From assembly GCA_963771175.1 (NCBI GenBank), contig CAVYSY010000040.1:288001-352000 (forward strand): 64,000 bases of DNA. The letters run 5' to 3'. The number at the start of each line of letters is the position of its first letter. Position 1 is the stretch's first letter. Of the stretch, positions 1-10,283 are shown piece after piece. The notes under the pieces were generated by a model. The model did no database searches, was not told the DNA's origin, and saw only the letters and a program-made list of their open reading frames with translations. This DNA is from an uncultured delta proteobacterium. Its GTDB lineage: Bacteria; Myxococcota; Myxococcia; Myxococcales; Myxococcaceae. The position numbers were made by a program, and so were the translations under genes.

Positions 1-482
1 AGGCGGGCCTCACGTTCCCGCAGGCCATCGAGCACGTGGCGCGCGAGGCGCAGCCGCCGCTGGCGCAGGAGTTCGGGCTGTTCGTGAAGGAAGTGAAGCT
101 GGGCGTGCCGCTGGAGGAGGCCCTCATCAACATGGGCCGGCGGGTGGGCAGTGACGACCTGGAGCTGGTCGTGGTGGCCACCAACATCGCGCGCCAGCTC
201 GGCGGCAACATGGCGGAGATGTTCGAGACCATCTCCAACGTCATCCGCGAGCGCTTCCGGCTCGAGGGAAAGATCGACGCGCTCACCTCCCAGGGCAAGC
301 TGCAGGGCTGGGTGGTGGCGGCCATGCCGGCCATCCTCGGCATGGTGCTCAACTACATGCGGCCGGACCTGATGGAGCCGATGATGGACCACTGGTTCGG
401 GTACGTGCTGGTGACGCTCATCGCCATCATGGAAGTGCTGGGCGTCCTCATCATCCGGCGCATCGTCAACATCGACATCTAA
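1..482 (+). CDS. tadB: Tad pilus inner-membrane platform protein TadB (T2SSF family), 5' partial; Kil-system-like
   Basis: Frame is open from the window edge (AGLTFPQAIEHVARE...). GGNMAEMFETISNVIRERFRLEGKIDALTSQGK is TadB-like, followed by two C-terminal TM helices. Confidence 0.9.
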   Translation, partial: AGLTFPQAIEHVAREAQPPLAQEFGLFVKEVKLGVPLEEALINMGRRVGSDDLELVVVATNIARQLGGNMAEMFETISNVIRERFRLEGKIDALTSQGKLQGWVVAAMPAILGMVLNYMRPDLMEPMMDHWFGYVLVTLIAIMEVLGVLIIRRIVNIDI

Positions 483-491
483 GGAGCGGCC

Positions 492-1383
492 GTGAGCGAC
501 GTCCTCACCTATACGTTGATGGGGGGCTCGGCGCTGATGTTCGCGGCATCAGCGGGCTTCCTTGGTATCGGCATCTACCAGAACTACTTCGCGCAGTTCG
601 TCGATGAGGTCCGTGACGAGTCGGCCGGTGGCGTCAAGGGCATGGGCTCGGTCACCATCCGCAAGCTCGGGGTGCTCAACCGGCGGTTGATGTGGCCGGG
701 CTACGAGTCCGGGATGCGCCGCAAGCTCATCAAGGCCGGCGAGCCCCAGCAGTTCAAGCCCGAGGACATCATGGCGCTGCAGGAGATCAGCGCCGTGTTG
801 GGCCTGCTGGCGGGTCTCATCCTGGTGAACGGGGTGGGGGAGCACCTGGCCTGGTCGCTGATCTTCGCGCTCTTCGGGATGTACTACCCGCTGCATCTGG
901 GTGAACGATCAGGTGAAGAAGCGCCACCTGCTCATCTCCCGGGCGCTGCCCTACAACCTGGACCTGCTGACGCTGTCGGTGGAGGCGGGCCTGGACTTCA
1001 CCGCGGCGCTCGCCAAGGTGGTGGAGAAGGGCAAGCACGGCCCGCTGCGCGAGGAGATGCAGATCGTCCTCAAGCAGCTCAAGATGGGCAAGACGCGCGA
1101 GGAGGCCCTCAAGGCGATGATCGCCCGCGTGGACCTGCCGTCGCTCAGCACCTTCGTCACCGCGCTCATCCAGGCGGACAAGATGGGCACCAGCCTCGGC
1201 AAGGTGCTGCGCATCCAGTCCACGCAGCTGCGCATCGACCGCACCCAGCGCGCGGAGAAGCTGGCCGGCGAGGCGCCGGTGAAGATGCTCTTCCCGCTCA
1301 TCGCCTGCATCTTCCCCACGGTGTTCATGGTCCTCTTCGGGCCCATCGTGTTCCAGTTCATGTTCGGAGACGTGGGGGGGTAG
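492..1383 (+). CDS. tadC: Tad pilus platform protein TadC (T2SSF family); one frameshift near 895
   Basis: N-half in ORF 492 (TM segments). C-half in ORF 901-1383 with LPYNLDLLTLSVEAGLDF...QADKMGTSLGKVLRIQS...AEKLAGEAPVKMLFPL. Confidence 0.88.
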
Positions 1384-1387
1384 GGCC

Positions 1388-3212
1388 CTGGGGTTCCAAC
1401 TCACCATCTCCAGGGGCCTGCAGGAGGGGACGGAGCTCACCTTCGAGCAGCCCGAGGTCCATATCGGCCGCACGTCGGAAAACGACGTGGTGCTGAAGGA
1501 TGGCGGTGTATCCCGTCGGCACGTGCGCATCTCGGAGCGGCTGGGGCGCTTCTTCGCGCAGGACCTGGGCAGCTCCAACGGCACCCAGGTCAACGACGAG
1601 GCGCTCACCGATGAGCAGGAACTGCGCACCGGGGATCGCATCTCGCTGGGGGACGTGGAGTTCGTTTTCAAGGAAGTGGTCAGCGACGCGGACTCCACCC
1701 GGCCCATCCGGCGCAACATCAAACCCGCGGCGCGCGTGACGGATCAGGACGAGATGCTCGCCCCGGACGAGATGCAGCGCCCCGGAGGAGCCGCCCCCGC
1801 CCCCCGCCCCCCGTGCGTCGACGCGCTCCGAGGCTCGCGCCTCGGCGCCCGCGCCTCGTGCGTCGACGCGCTCCGAGGTTCCCGCCTCGGCGCCCGCGCC
1901 TCGTGCGTCGACGCGCTCCGAGGCTACCGTCGCGGCGCCCGCGCCTCGTGCTTCGTCGCGCTCCGACACTCCCGCCTCGGACGTTCCCGCGCCTCGTGCT
2001 TCGTCGCGCTCCGACACTCCCGCCTCGGACGTTCCCGTGCGGGGGGGCGGGGCACCTCGTCGGGCAACCGCAGGCGCGAGGCGTGCCGTGGTGCCCGAGT
2101 CCCAGGCTCCGGCCCGGACCGCCTCCCGGGTCGAGCTGGCTGAGTCCCCCGAGCCCCAATCCCCGCCCCTCGCTCCGGAGGTCCCGACCCGGACCGTGTC
2201 CCGCGGCGGCATGAAGGTGGCCCCCGCGTCCGACGCGGCTCCAGCGCGTGTCTCGGGGTCCGAGGGCCAGTCCGCCGCGGACAAGGCCCGGCGCCGACGC
2301 GAGCTGGGTGGCTCGATGGGCGGCCAGCTCGCGCTCTGGTGGTCCGCGCTGTCAGGGGGTGGCAAGTTCGCCATGGGCCTCGTGGCCCTCTGCTTCGTGG
2401 CGGGGATGGTGGCCGCGATCCACTTCGTCTTCGGCGGCAGTGAGGGACGCATGGGGCCCTCTGGCCCGGAGCCCGAGACGCTCGGCTCCCAGTCGCTGCC
2501 GGACTCGTTCGGACTGGGCGAGGGCGTGACGTGGGAGCAGCCGGACATGAAGTCCTTCGACTTCGAGTTCGTCTCGCCCACCCGCGCCGTGGCCGTCATC
2601 CGCTACCAGGCCCGCGACATCTCCAAGGAGGAGGTCTCCATCTCCGTCAACGCGGTGAACGTGGGCTGGGTGCCTCCCGACACGGTCAACGCGGAGAGAG
2701 AGGTGCAGCAGATCCTCTCGCCGGACGTGCTCAAGCGCAACGAACTCAACCGTGTCGTCTTCGACAACGTCCGCAATCCCCCGGGCCGGGAAGGCTGGCG
2801 GGTGTCGAACCTGCGGCTGGAGATCATCCCCGTGCCGGACCTGAGCCCGGCGGAGCTCCTGGAGACCGCGCGCGGCTACGCGACCCGGGCCCGCGACTTC
2901 TACGAGCGCAAGGACGTGGGCGCCGAGAACCTCTTCCACGCCTGGGAGAACTACCGCTCGGCGTGGATCACCCTGGAGGCCCTGGACACGAAGCCGGACC
3001 TCTACCATGACGTCCGTTACATGATGGGCCAGGTGTCGGTGGACCTGGACCATAAGTGCGGGCAGTTGATGCTGGATTTCCAACGGTACATCCAGTTCAA
3101 GGACAAGAAGCGGGCGCGCCTGGTGCTTCGAGAGGTGAACAGGCGCTTCCCTACGACCGCGCATCGCTGCAACAATCTGGCGCTCGATAAAGCCAACGAG
3201 TACGGGCTATGA
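1388..3212 (+). CDS. FHA-domain bitopic membrane protein with repetitive Pro/Ala/Ser/Arg linker; frameshift near 1780
   Basis: FHA motifs IGR-TSENDVVL, VSRRH, DLGSSNGT. The frame opens at CTG 1388 (possibly a miscalled ATG). It continues in the frame of ORF 2037-3212 with a TM helix and an extracytoplasmic domain. Confidence 0.8.
1812..2040 (+). repeat. Coding tandem repeat: 3 x 45 bp plus 2 x ~48 bp
   Basis: Units start CGTGCGTCGACGCGCTCCGA or CGTGCTTCGTCGCGCTCCGA at 1812, 1857, 1902, 1947 and 1995. They encode RASTRSEARASAPAP, RASTRSEVPASAPAP, RASTRSEATVAAPAP, RASSRSDTPASDVPAP and RASSRSDTPASDVPV. Confidence 0.92.
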
Positions 3213-3250
3213 GGCCCGTGCTCGCGTACCAACCGAAGTGGTGATCTCCC

Positions 3251-5044
3251 ATGTCGAACGGTTCTCCTCCCGCACGCCGTCGTCCCGCGACGGGTTCCTC
3301 CTCGGGCGGTGGCGCTACCGGTCAGCGTCCTGCGGCACGTAGGTCGGGTGCTGCCCCGTCCGTGCGCCCCGCGCCCCTGCCGGTGATGGGGACGAAGCTG
3401 GTGGTGTCGGCGGGTCCCAACGCCGGTGAGGAGTTCGCGCTGGAGGAGGGCGAGTACGTCATCGGCCGCTCCAACGACAACCCCATCTGCATCCCGGACT
3501 CCTCGGTGTCGCGCAAGCACGTGCTGGTGCGCAACCTGGGCGGTGGGTGGGCGGCCAGTGACCTGGGCTCCGGCAACGGCACCCTCCTCAACGGTGAGCC
3601 CATCTCCGACGAGGTGCCGCTGGCCCATGGCGACGTCCTCACGCTCGGCGACACGGAGGTGGTGTTCCAGGACGCCTCCAACTCCACGATGATGATTTCG
3701 GCGCCGTCCGCGCCGCCGCCGAGGCCGGGCCGCAGTGGCTCGAGGTCCGCCGCCCCCGCTCCCGCCGCCGAAGAGGAGGGCGAGGCCGCCGTTCCGCGCC
3801 GTCCGCCGCCCCGTCCCGAGAGCCGCGCGCGCCCCGCTCGGGGTCGCGCCTCGGCGGCACCGGATCCGGCGGCGCAGAAGCGCAAGAAGCGCCTGCTGCT
3901 CATCACCGCGGCCGTCTTCGTGCTGCTGGTCGGCCTGCTGGCGGTCATCAAGGTGAAGCAGCAGCAGCAGGCCGAGGCCGAGGCCGCCGCCGCCGCCGCC
4001 TCCGAGGAGCGTCGCGCGGCGATCGGTGGTCTCTTCCAGGAAGCCAAGAACCTCATTCGCGATGGCAAGTGGGAGGAGGCCAAGGCCAAGCTGCTGGAGC
4101 TCCAGGAGGCCGAGCCCGACTACGTGCAGCTCCCGGACTACCTGGCGCGCGTGGAGAAGGAGATCCCCAACCAGGCGGCGCTCGACGCGGCCAAGGCGGC
4201 GCTGGACAAGAACGAGCTCGGCAAGGCGGCGGCCGCCCTGGCCAAGGTGGCCATGGACACCCAGCTCTTCGAGCAGCTCCGCACCTCTCGGGTGTCTCTG
4301 GACGAGAAGGCCGACAAGCGCGTGCGCGAGGCGCAGTCGCTGCTGGAGCAGAAGCAGCTCGATCTGGCCAAGGCCATCACCGACGACGTGCTGGCGGCCC
4401 TTCCCGAGCACCGGGACGGCAAGGTCATCGCCGAGCAGGTGGCGCGCGCCATCGAGATCCGCGACCGGCCGGCGCCGCCTCCGCCTCCGCCTACCACCGT
4501 CAAGCCCTGGGATCAGTCCGCGGATCGCTTCCGCGACGGTGACCAGAAGGGCGCGATGGACATCGCCACCGGCTGCGCGTCCAAGCACTCGCAGTGCAAG
4601 GTGCTCGTGTCGCAGATGACGGATTTCGGCAACCTCTACAAGCGCCTGGAGGATCTGGACGCCAAGGGGCTGGTCCGCCTGCTGGACCTGGACAAGAAGA
4701 TCACCAACGGCCGCGGCAGCAAGCTGGCGCGCAACGCGGGCACGCGTGCGTCCAACATCTTCTTCAAGAGCGCCTCCTCGGCGAAGGCATCCGGCCAGTA
4801 CGGCGTCGCCATGGCGAACGCCCAGCGCGCCCTCCAGGCCGACCCCAGCCATGCCGGTGCCAACAACATCGTCGCGGAGCTGCGGCAGAGGGCGAAGGAC
4901 CTCTACCTGCAGGCCTACGCCCTCAAGGACACCGATCCCGAGGAGGCCGTCCCCAAGTTCCGCGAGGTCATGGCCATGACCACGTCGGACGATGAGACGC
5001 ACCAGAAGGCGAAGTCCTGGATCGAGAAGCTTCAGCAGCGATGA
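3251..5044 (+). CDS. FHA-domain membrane protein with TPR-like helical periplasmic region
   Basis: IGRSNDN, VSRKH and DLGSGNGT FHA motifs; TM LLLITAAVFVLLVGLLAVI; Ala/Lys-rich TPR-like helices. Confidence 0.88.
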   Translation: MSNGSPPARRRPATGSSSGGGATGQRPAARRSGAAPSVRPAPLPVMGTKLVVSAGPNAGEEFALEEGEYVIGRSNDNPICIPDSSVSRKHVLVRNLGGGWAASDLGSGNGTLLNGEPISDEVPLAHGDVLTLGDTEVVFQDASNSTMMISAPSAPPPRPGRSGSRSAAPAPAAEEEGEAAVPRRPPPRPESRARPARGRASAAPDPAAQKRKKRLLLITAAVFVLLVGLLAVIKVKQQQQAEAEAAAAAASEERRAAIGGLFQEAKNLIRDGKWEEAKAKLLELQEAEPDYVQLPDYLARVEKEIPNQAALDAAKAALDKNELGKAAAALAKVAMDTQLFEQLRTSRVSLDEKADKRVREAQSLLEQKQLDLAKAITDDVLAALPEHRDGKVIAEQVARAIEIRDRPAPPPPPPTTVKPWDQSADRFRDGDQKGAMDIATGCASKHSQCKVLVSQMTDFGNLYKRLEDLDAKGLVRLLDLDKKITNGRGSKLARNAGTRASNIFFKSASSAKASGQYGVAMANAQRALQADPSHAGANNIVAELRQRAKDLYLQAYALKDTDPEEAVPKFREVMAMTTSDDETHQKAKSWIEKLQQR

Positions 5045-6774
5045 AGAAACGGCGAGGAACCGAAGTGGCCCCGCCGACCCCCGCCGGACAGGGAGACCTT
5101 TTCGGCGGCTCGTTCGGGGCGCCGAAGCGGACAGCGGCGGTGGCGGCCTCGAAGCCACCCCCCGAGCCTCCTCCCGCGCCCGCTCCGCCCCCGGCTCCCT
5201 CGGAGCTGAAGGACGTGTCCGGGTCGCTGCCGTCGCTGCCCGGCGCCCCCTCGCGCCCGGCGCCCACGCGCACGGTGCTCACCGTGGGCGAGCTCACCCA
5301 GCAGCTCAAGCAGACGATCGAAGCGCGCTTCCCGCGCGTGCTGGTGCGCGGCGAGGTGTCCGGCTTCCGCGGCCCCAACGCGCGCGGCCATCTGTACTTC
5401 ACGCTCAAGGACGCGGACGCCTCGCTCGACGTGAAGATGTGGGCCTCGCAGGCGGCGCGGCTGCGCTTCGCCCTGCGCGACGGCCTGGCCGTGGTCGCCG
5501 AGGGCAGCGTGGACCTCTACGAGCCCGCCGGCCGCTACAGCCTCATCGCCACAAGCTGGAGCCGGAAGGGGAGGGCGCGCTGGCGCTCGCCTTCGAGCAG
5601 CTCAAGGAGCGGCTCGCGGCCGAGGGTCTCATCGGCGACAACCGCCTCCGCCCGCCGCGCCCGCTGCCCTTCCTGCCCCGGCGCATCGGCGTGGTGACGA
5701 GCCGCACCGGCGCGGCCCTGCAGGACTTCCTGCGCGTGCTGCACTCGCGCAACCCGCGCCTGTCGGTGCTGCTGTGCGACGCGCGCGTGCAGGGCGAGGG
5801 CTCCGCGGAGGAGGTGGCGCGCGGCATCGAGCGCCTGTCCCGCACGGACGTGGACGTCATCGTCGTCACCCGCGGCGGCGGCTCGAAGGAGGACCTCTGG
5901 ACGTTCAACGAGGAGCGGGTGGCGCGCGCCATCTTCGCCTGCCCGGTGCCGGTGGTGTCCGCCATCGGCCATGAGATCGACTTCACCATCTCGGACTTCG
6001 TGGCGGACTGGCGCGCCCCCACCCCCAGCGCGGCGGCCGAGCGGCTCGCCCCGGTGCTGCAGGACCTGGAGTACGGCCTGGCCACCTGGTCGTTGCGCCT
6101 GCGCAAGGCCACCGAGCGCCGGGTGCTGGAGCTGCGCGAGCGGCTGGGCTCTCTGCGCGGGCGGCTGGTGGATCCGCGGCGGCGGCTCTCCACGGAGCGG
6201 CTGCGGCTCTCCGACGCCGAGGACGCGATGACGCGGGTGATGCGTCAGGTGCTGCGGGAGCGGCGCGAGGCGCTCCGGGCACACGCCGAGCACCTGCAGC
6301 GCCAGCGACCCCAGGCCCGACTGGCCGAGCAGCGGGCGCGGCTGGTGCAACTCTCCGCTCGACTGAAGGACGCGGTGCGGGCGGACGTGGCGACCCGGCG
6401 GGCGAGGGCCGCCCGGGCCCGGTTGGAGCTGGAGCGTATCTCCCCGATCGCCCGGGTGGTGGAGCTGCGTGCCCGGCTGGCCGATCGGAAGTGCCCGGCT
6501 GGTTGCCCTGGAGAAGGACGCCCTGGCGTCGGCACAGCGACACTTCCAGCGCCTGGAAGGTCGGCTGGATGCCATGAGCCCCCTCAAGGTCATGTCGCGG
6601 GGTTACGCGGTCACCTTCCGGCGGAGCGACGGAGGGGTGGTGCGCTCCATCTCGGACGTGCAGCCCGGCGAGCTCCTCGGTATCAAGTTCGCCAGCAGCG
6701 GGGCGAAGACACTCCAGGCGTGCGAGGAGATTGAAGCCACCGTCACCGCGGTGAAGGGTCCGGTGGATTGCTGA
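5041..6774 (+). CDS. xseA: Exodeoxyribonuclease VII large subunit; frameshifts near 5555 and 6490
   Basis: OB-fold (VRGEVSGF, GHLYFTLKD), [55 protein letters not shown] and SPLKVMSRGYA, found across three frames. Confidence 0.93.
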
Positions 6775-6857
6775 CGTCCGGGTGCAGGTCCCCCTGGCAC
6801 CCGGGGGGGCGCCTCCTCTAGAGTCCCGCGGCTTTTTCTCGTCGAGGTGGACCGGAC

Positions 6858-7211
6858 GTGGCGAAGGACAGCAAGGGCAAGGCGGCGGAGGAGGTCCCCG
6901 AGCAGTACGGGGACGTGGTGCAGCGTCTCGAGGACGTGGTGGCGCGGCTGGAGGGCGGCACCCTGTCGCTCGAGGACTCGCTCAAGTCGTTCGAGGAGGG
7001 CATCAAGCTGGTGCGCCGCGGCGAGCATCTCCTCAACGCGGCGGAGAAGCGCATCGAGGAGCTGTTGACCGAGGACGGCCGGGACGTGGTGGTGCCGCTG
7101 CAGACGGGCGTGAAGGCCCCGACGGTGCCCTCGGCTCCCGCTCCGGCCTCGCGGGGGAGCTCGGGCGCGTCCAGGTCCGTGCCTCCTCCCGAGGACGACG
7201 TGCCGTTCTAG
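6858..7211 (+). CDS. xseB: Exodeoxyribonuclease VII small subunit with C-terminal extension
   Basis: LEDVVARLEGGTLSLEDSLKSFEEGIKL...LNAAEKRIEEL; directly follows xseA. Confidence 0.92.
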   Translation: MAKDSKGKAAEEVPEQYGDVVQRLEDVVARLEGGTLSLEDSLKSFEEGIKLVRRGEHLLNAAEKRIEELLTEDGRDVVVPLQTGVKAPTVPSAPAPASRGSSGASRSVPPPEDDVPF

Positions 7212-7241
7212 TCCCTCGCGTGTAGACCTATCGGTATCCCC

Positions 7242-7631
7242 ATGCCGCAGCCCAAGGTCACCATCGTCGACGACGACCGCGATACGCGGGAGTTGCTCTC
7301 GCTCGCCCTGGAGTCGGAGGGCTTCGAGGTCACCGCCGCGGCCAACGGGCTGCGGCTGATCTCCTCCCTGCAGCTCAAGCGGCCGGACATCATCCTCATG
7401 GACGTGAACATGTCCTGGATCGATGGCTTCGAGCTGTGCAGGGCGGTGAAGAAGAACGAGCAGTTCCGGGACATCCCGGTCGTCTTCGTCAGCGGGCGCG
7501 GGGAGCCGGAGGACAAGCGGCGCGGCATCGAGGCCGGCGCCGCCGACTATTTCGTGAAGCCGTTGGATCTCAACGCGCTCATCAAGCGGCTGCGAGGGCT
7601 CATCCCGCCGCCCGCATCCGAGGTGCCCTGA
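7242..7631 (+). CDS. Single-domain response regulator (receiver)
   Basis: [30 protein letters not shown]. Confidence 0.92.
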   Translation: MPQPKVTIVDDDRDTRELLSLALESEGFEVTAAANGLRLISSLQLKRPDIILMDVNMSWIDGFELCRAVKKNEQFRDIPVVFVSGRGEPEDKRRGIEAGAADYFVKPLDLNALIKRLRGLIPPPASEVP

Positions 7632-7632
7632 C

Positions 7633-8527
7633 ATGTCGTCTTTCGATCTCGAGTCGTACCTGCGGACCCAGGTGGCGCGGGTGGAGAAGCTGCTGGGCTC
7701 GCGCTCCGAGGAGATGGGCGCGCACGTGCCGCCGCGCCTGCTGGAGTCCATGCGCTACTCGCTGCTGGCCGGCGGCAAGCGGCTGCGGCCGGTGCTGTGC
7801 CTGGCCTTCGCGGAGGCCGTGCTGCGCCAGAGCCGATCTCCGCGCGTGGTGGAGGACTGCGCCTGCGCGCTCGAGTTCATCCACACCTACTCGCTGGTGC
7901 ACGACGATCTGCCGGCGATGGACGACGACGACATGCGCCGCGGGCGGCCCACCAACCACAAGGTGTATCGGCGAGGCCATGGCCATCCTCGCCGGGTGAC
8001 GCGCTGCTCACCGAGGCCTTCGCCCTGGTGGCGGGCGGCCCCGAGCCGGTGCGCGGCACGCTGCTGCCGCGAGCTGGCCGTGGGCTCGGGCGCGGCGGGC
8101 ATGGTGGGCGGCCAGGTGCTGGACATCGCCGAGGATCGCCCGGCCGAGATCGACTACCTCACGCGCATGCACCGCCTGAAGACGGGCGCGCTCATCCGCG
8201 CCGCGTGCCGCATGGGGGTGATCGCCGCCGGTGGGGACGCGGACGCGCTGGCCCGCGCGGACACCTACGGGGACGCGGTGGGGCTCGCCTTCCAGATCGC
8301 CGACGATGTGCTGGACGTGACGGGGGATGCGTCCTCCATGGGCAAGCCCGTGGGCGCGGATGCCGCCGCCGGACGCTTCACCTTCCCGGCGGTGCTGGGG
8401 CTGGAGGAGTCCAAGCAGCTCGCGGCGCGCAAGGTGGCCGAGGCCATCGCCGCCGTGAAGACGCTGGAGCCCGAGGATCGGCCCGCTCGCGGCGCTCGCG
8501 CGCTACTCGGTGGAGCGACGCTCGTGA
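7633..8527 (+). CDS. ispA: Polyprenyl (farnesyl) diphosphate synthase; several frameshifts
   Basis: GGKRLRP, IHTYSLVHDDLPAMDDDDMRRGRPTNHKV, GMVGGQVLD, FQIADDVLD. The reconstructed stop TGA 8525-8527 overlaps the dxs ATG. Confidence 0.9.
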
Positions 8528-10283
8528 TGGAGCGGCTCCTGCCGCGCATCCAATCTCCCGCGGACGTCCGGGCGCTCCCCGAGTCCGAGCTGCCTCGCCT
8601 GTGCGAGGAGCTGCGTGAGGACATCATCTCCCTCTGTGGCCGCGTGGGCGGCCACCTGGGGGCCTCGCTCGGCGCGGTGGAGCTGGTCGTCGCGCTGCAC
8701 CGGGTCTTCCACTCGCCGCAGGACGCGCTCGTCTTCGACGTGGGCCACCAGGCCTACGCGCACAAGCTGCTGACGGGCCGGCGCGAGCGCATGGGCACGC
8801 TGCGCCAGGCCGGCGGCATCGCCCCCTTCCTGGACCCACGGGAGAGCCCGCACGACGCGCTCGCCGCGGGCCACGCGTGCACCGCCGTGTCCGCGGCGCT
8901 GGGCATGCTCGAGGGCAAGCGCCTGCGGGGCCAGCCCGGGCACGTGGTGGCGCTGCGTGGGGGACGGGGCGCTCACCGGCGGGCTCACCTTCGAGGGGCT
9001 GAACAACGCCGGGGGCACGCACCTGCCGCTGGTGGTGGTGCTCAACGACAACCAGATGTCCATCTCCGCGAACGTGGGCGCCATCCCCGCGTTGCTGCGC
9101 ACGCGCGAGGCCCGCGCCTTCTTCGAGGCGCTGGGCTTCACCTACCTGGGGCCGGTGGACGGGCACGACCTCGGGGCGCTCCACCGCGTGCTGCGCGAGG
9201 CACGCGCCTCCACGCGCCCGGTGGTGGTGCACGCGCTGACGCAGAAGGGCAGGGGCTTTCCCCCGGCCGAGGCGGACACGCAGACGCGCGGCCACGCCAT
9301 GGGGCCCTACGAGTGGCGCGACGGGAAGCTGGTGCGCTCGCGCGGCGGCCAGCGCACCTTCAGCGAGGCCTTCGCGGCCGCGCTGGAGGAGGCGATGGCC
9401 CGGGACCCGCGCGTGGTGGCGGTGACGCCGGCCATGCTGGAGGGCTCGGCGCTGGTGGGCCTCAAGCAGCGCTACCCCGAGCGTGTCTTCGACGTGGGCA
9501 TCGCCGAGCAGCACGCGGTCACCTTCTGCGCCGGGCTCGCCGCCACGGGGCTGCGGCCCGTGTGCGCCATCTACTCCACCTTCCTGCAGCGCGCGTACGA
9601 CCAGGTCATCCACGACGTGTGCCTGCCGGGCCTGCCGGTGGTCTTCGCCGTGGACCGCGCCGGGCTGGTGGGCGCGGATGGCGCCACGCACCAGGGCACC
9701 TACGACGTGGCCTCGCTGCGGCCCGTGCCCGGCCTTACGCTGATGGCTCCGGTGACCGGCGAGGACCTGCCGGGGATGCTCGCCACGGCGCTCGCGCTGC
9801 CCGGGCCCTCGCTCCTGCGCTTCCCTCGCGGCACCCTGCCGACGCTGCCCCCGGAGCTGCACTCGGGCCCGGGTCCGGTGCGCGGGGCGCGCTGGCTGAA
9901 GCGGGCGCAGGAGGCCCGGCTGTCCTTCATCACGCTCGGGCCGCTGGGGCTGGCCGCGCTGGAGGCCGCTGACTCGGAGCCGGGCTGGAGCGTGCTGGAC
10001 GCGCGCTTCGTCTCCCCGCTCGACGAGGCGGCGGTGCTGGAGGCCGCCGCGTGCGGGACGCGTGGTGGTGGTGGAGGAGGGGACGACGCACGGCGGGCTG
10101 GGCAGCGCGGTGCTGGAGTTGCTCGCCGCGCGCGGCGTGGGCGCCCGGGTGAGGCTGCTGGGCATGCCGGACGCCTTCGTGCCCCACGGGGACGCGCGCG
10201 TGCAGCGGGCCGAGCTGGGGCTGGATGCCGCGGGCCTGCGGCGTGCCGCCCTGGCCCTGCTCTCCGAGGGAGGTGCACGGTGA
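8527..10283 (+). CDS. dxs: 1-deoxy-D-xylulose-5-phosphate synthase (short form); frameshifts near 8955 and 10055
   Basis: GGHLGASLGAVEL, DVGHQAYAHKLLTGR, GDGALTGG...LNDNQMSI, DVGIAEQHAV, YSTFLQRAYDQVIHDV, DRAGLVGADGATHQG. Confidence 0.93.

Noticed and set aside
1812..2040. Possible CRISPR array
   Set aside because: Units are contiguous multiples of 3 with no unique spacers, lie inside a CDS, and no cas genes are nearby.
7633..9972. Apparent IspA-Dxs fusion ORF (779 aa)
   Set aside because: Produced by frameshifts; the reconstructed ispA ends at TGA 8525-8527, overlapping the dxs ATG.
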